The notes under the pieces are model-generated. The model worked only from the letters and a program-made list of their open reading frames with translations. It was not told where the DNA came from and made no database searches. A stretch of 64,000 nt of DNA from Lama guanicoe. Taxonomy: Eukaryota. Below are positions 63,812-64,000 of this stretch, one piece after another. Each line of letters begins with the position of its first letter. The first letter of the stretch is position 1. A program made the translations under genes and the position numbers. The stretch covers positions 21,331,280-21,395,279 of the forward strand of contig MU054187.1 of the NCBI GenBank assembly GCA_013239625.1. The letters run 5' to 3'.

Positions 63812-64000
63812 TCTTTCTCTCTCTCTGACATATGACAAAGGACTCCTATCCAGAGTTTGTAAAGAAATCCTACAAATCAAATTAAAAGAAAAAACTGAAA
63901 ACAACAGAAATAGAGAAAAACTTAAAATAGCACGTTAGAAAACAGGATATACAAGTGAACAAAACACGATGGTTTTCAGCCTCACTAATCACTAGGGAAA

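Larger units (their letters stand above)
62070..64000 (+). mobile_element. Old L1 ORF2 region running off the window, interrupted at ~63510-63825
   Basis: A-rich sense L1 blocks 'atagatgcaaaatc', 'ggtcaatatacaaagtca', 'caaattcatctatagattcaa' and 'gaaaaagcaagccacag', resuming at 'tgacaaaggactcctatccag'. Confidence 0.85.

Overview
Mammalian genomic DNA, most likely a camelid. That call is an inference from six copies of a tRNA-derived SINE with the Vic-1-type layout (GGGGAGGGTATAGCTCAGTGG...GGTTCAATCCCC...AAACCTAATTACCTCCCC-polyA) and a young-looking L1 3' end. The window is AT-rich and intronic/intergenic, and much of it is interspersed repeat (L1, L2, MIR, MaLR/ERV LTRs, hAT and Tigger DNA transposons) plus microsatellites and one 63-N gap. 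There is no complete gene, rRNA, true tRNA or CRISPR array. Three unique + strand segments look like spliced exons (3262-3348, 16624-16862, 46528-46687) and can be joined in frame, but I cannot name the gene. The best-supported unusual structures are: a ~300-bp direct duplication (1357-1667 / 2800-3098); a ~240-bp inverted local duplication beside a (TA)n tract inside an old L1 (62069-62311 / 63573-63811); a twin-primed 5'-inverted L1 (27015-29125); and an L1 keeping both ends but lacking most of ORF2 (8150-11287). I see no sequence evidence for a novel multi-gene system. Repeat family names come from remembered consensus motifs, not a database search, and repeat boundaries are approximate.
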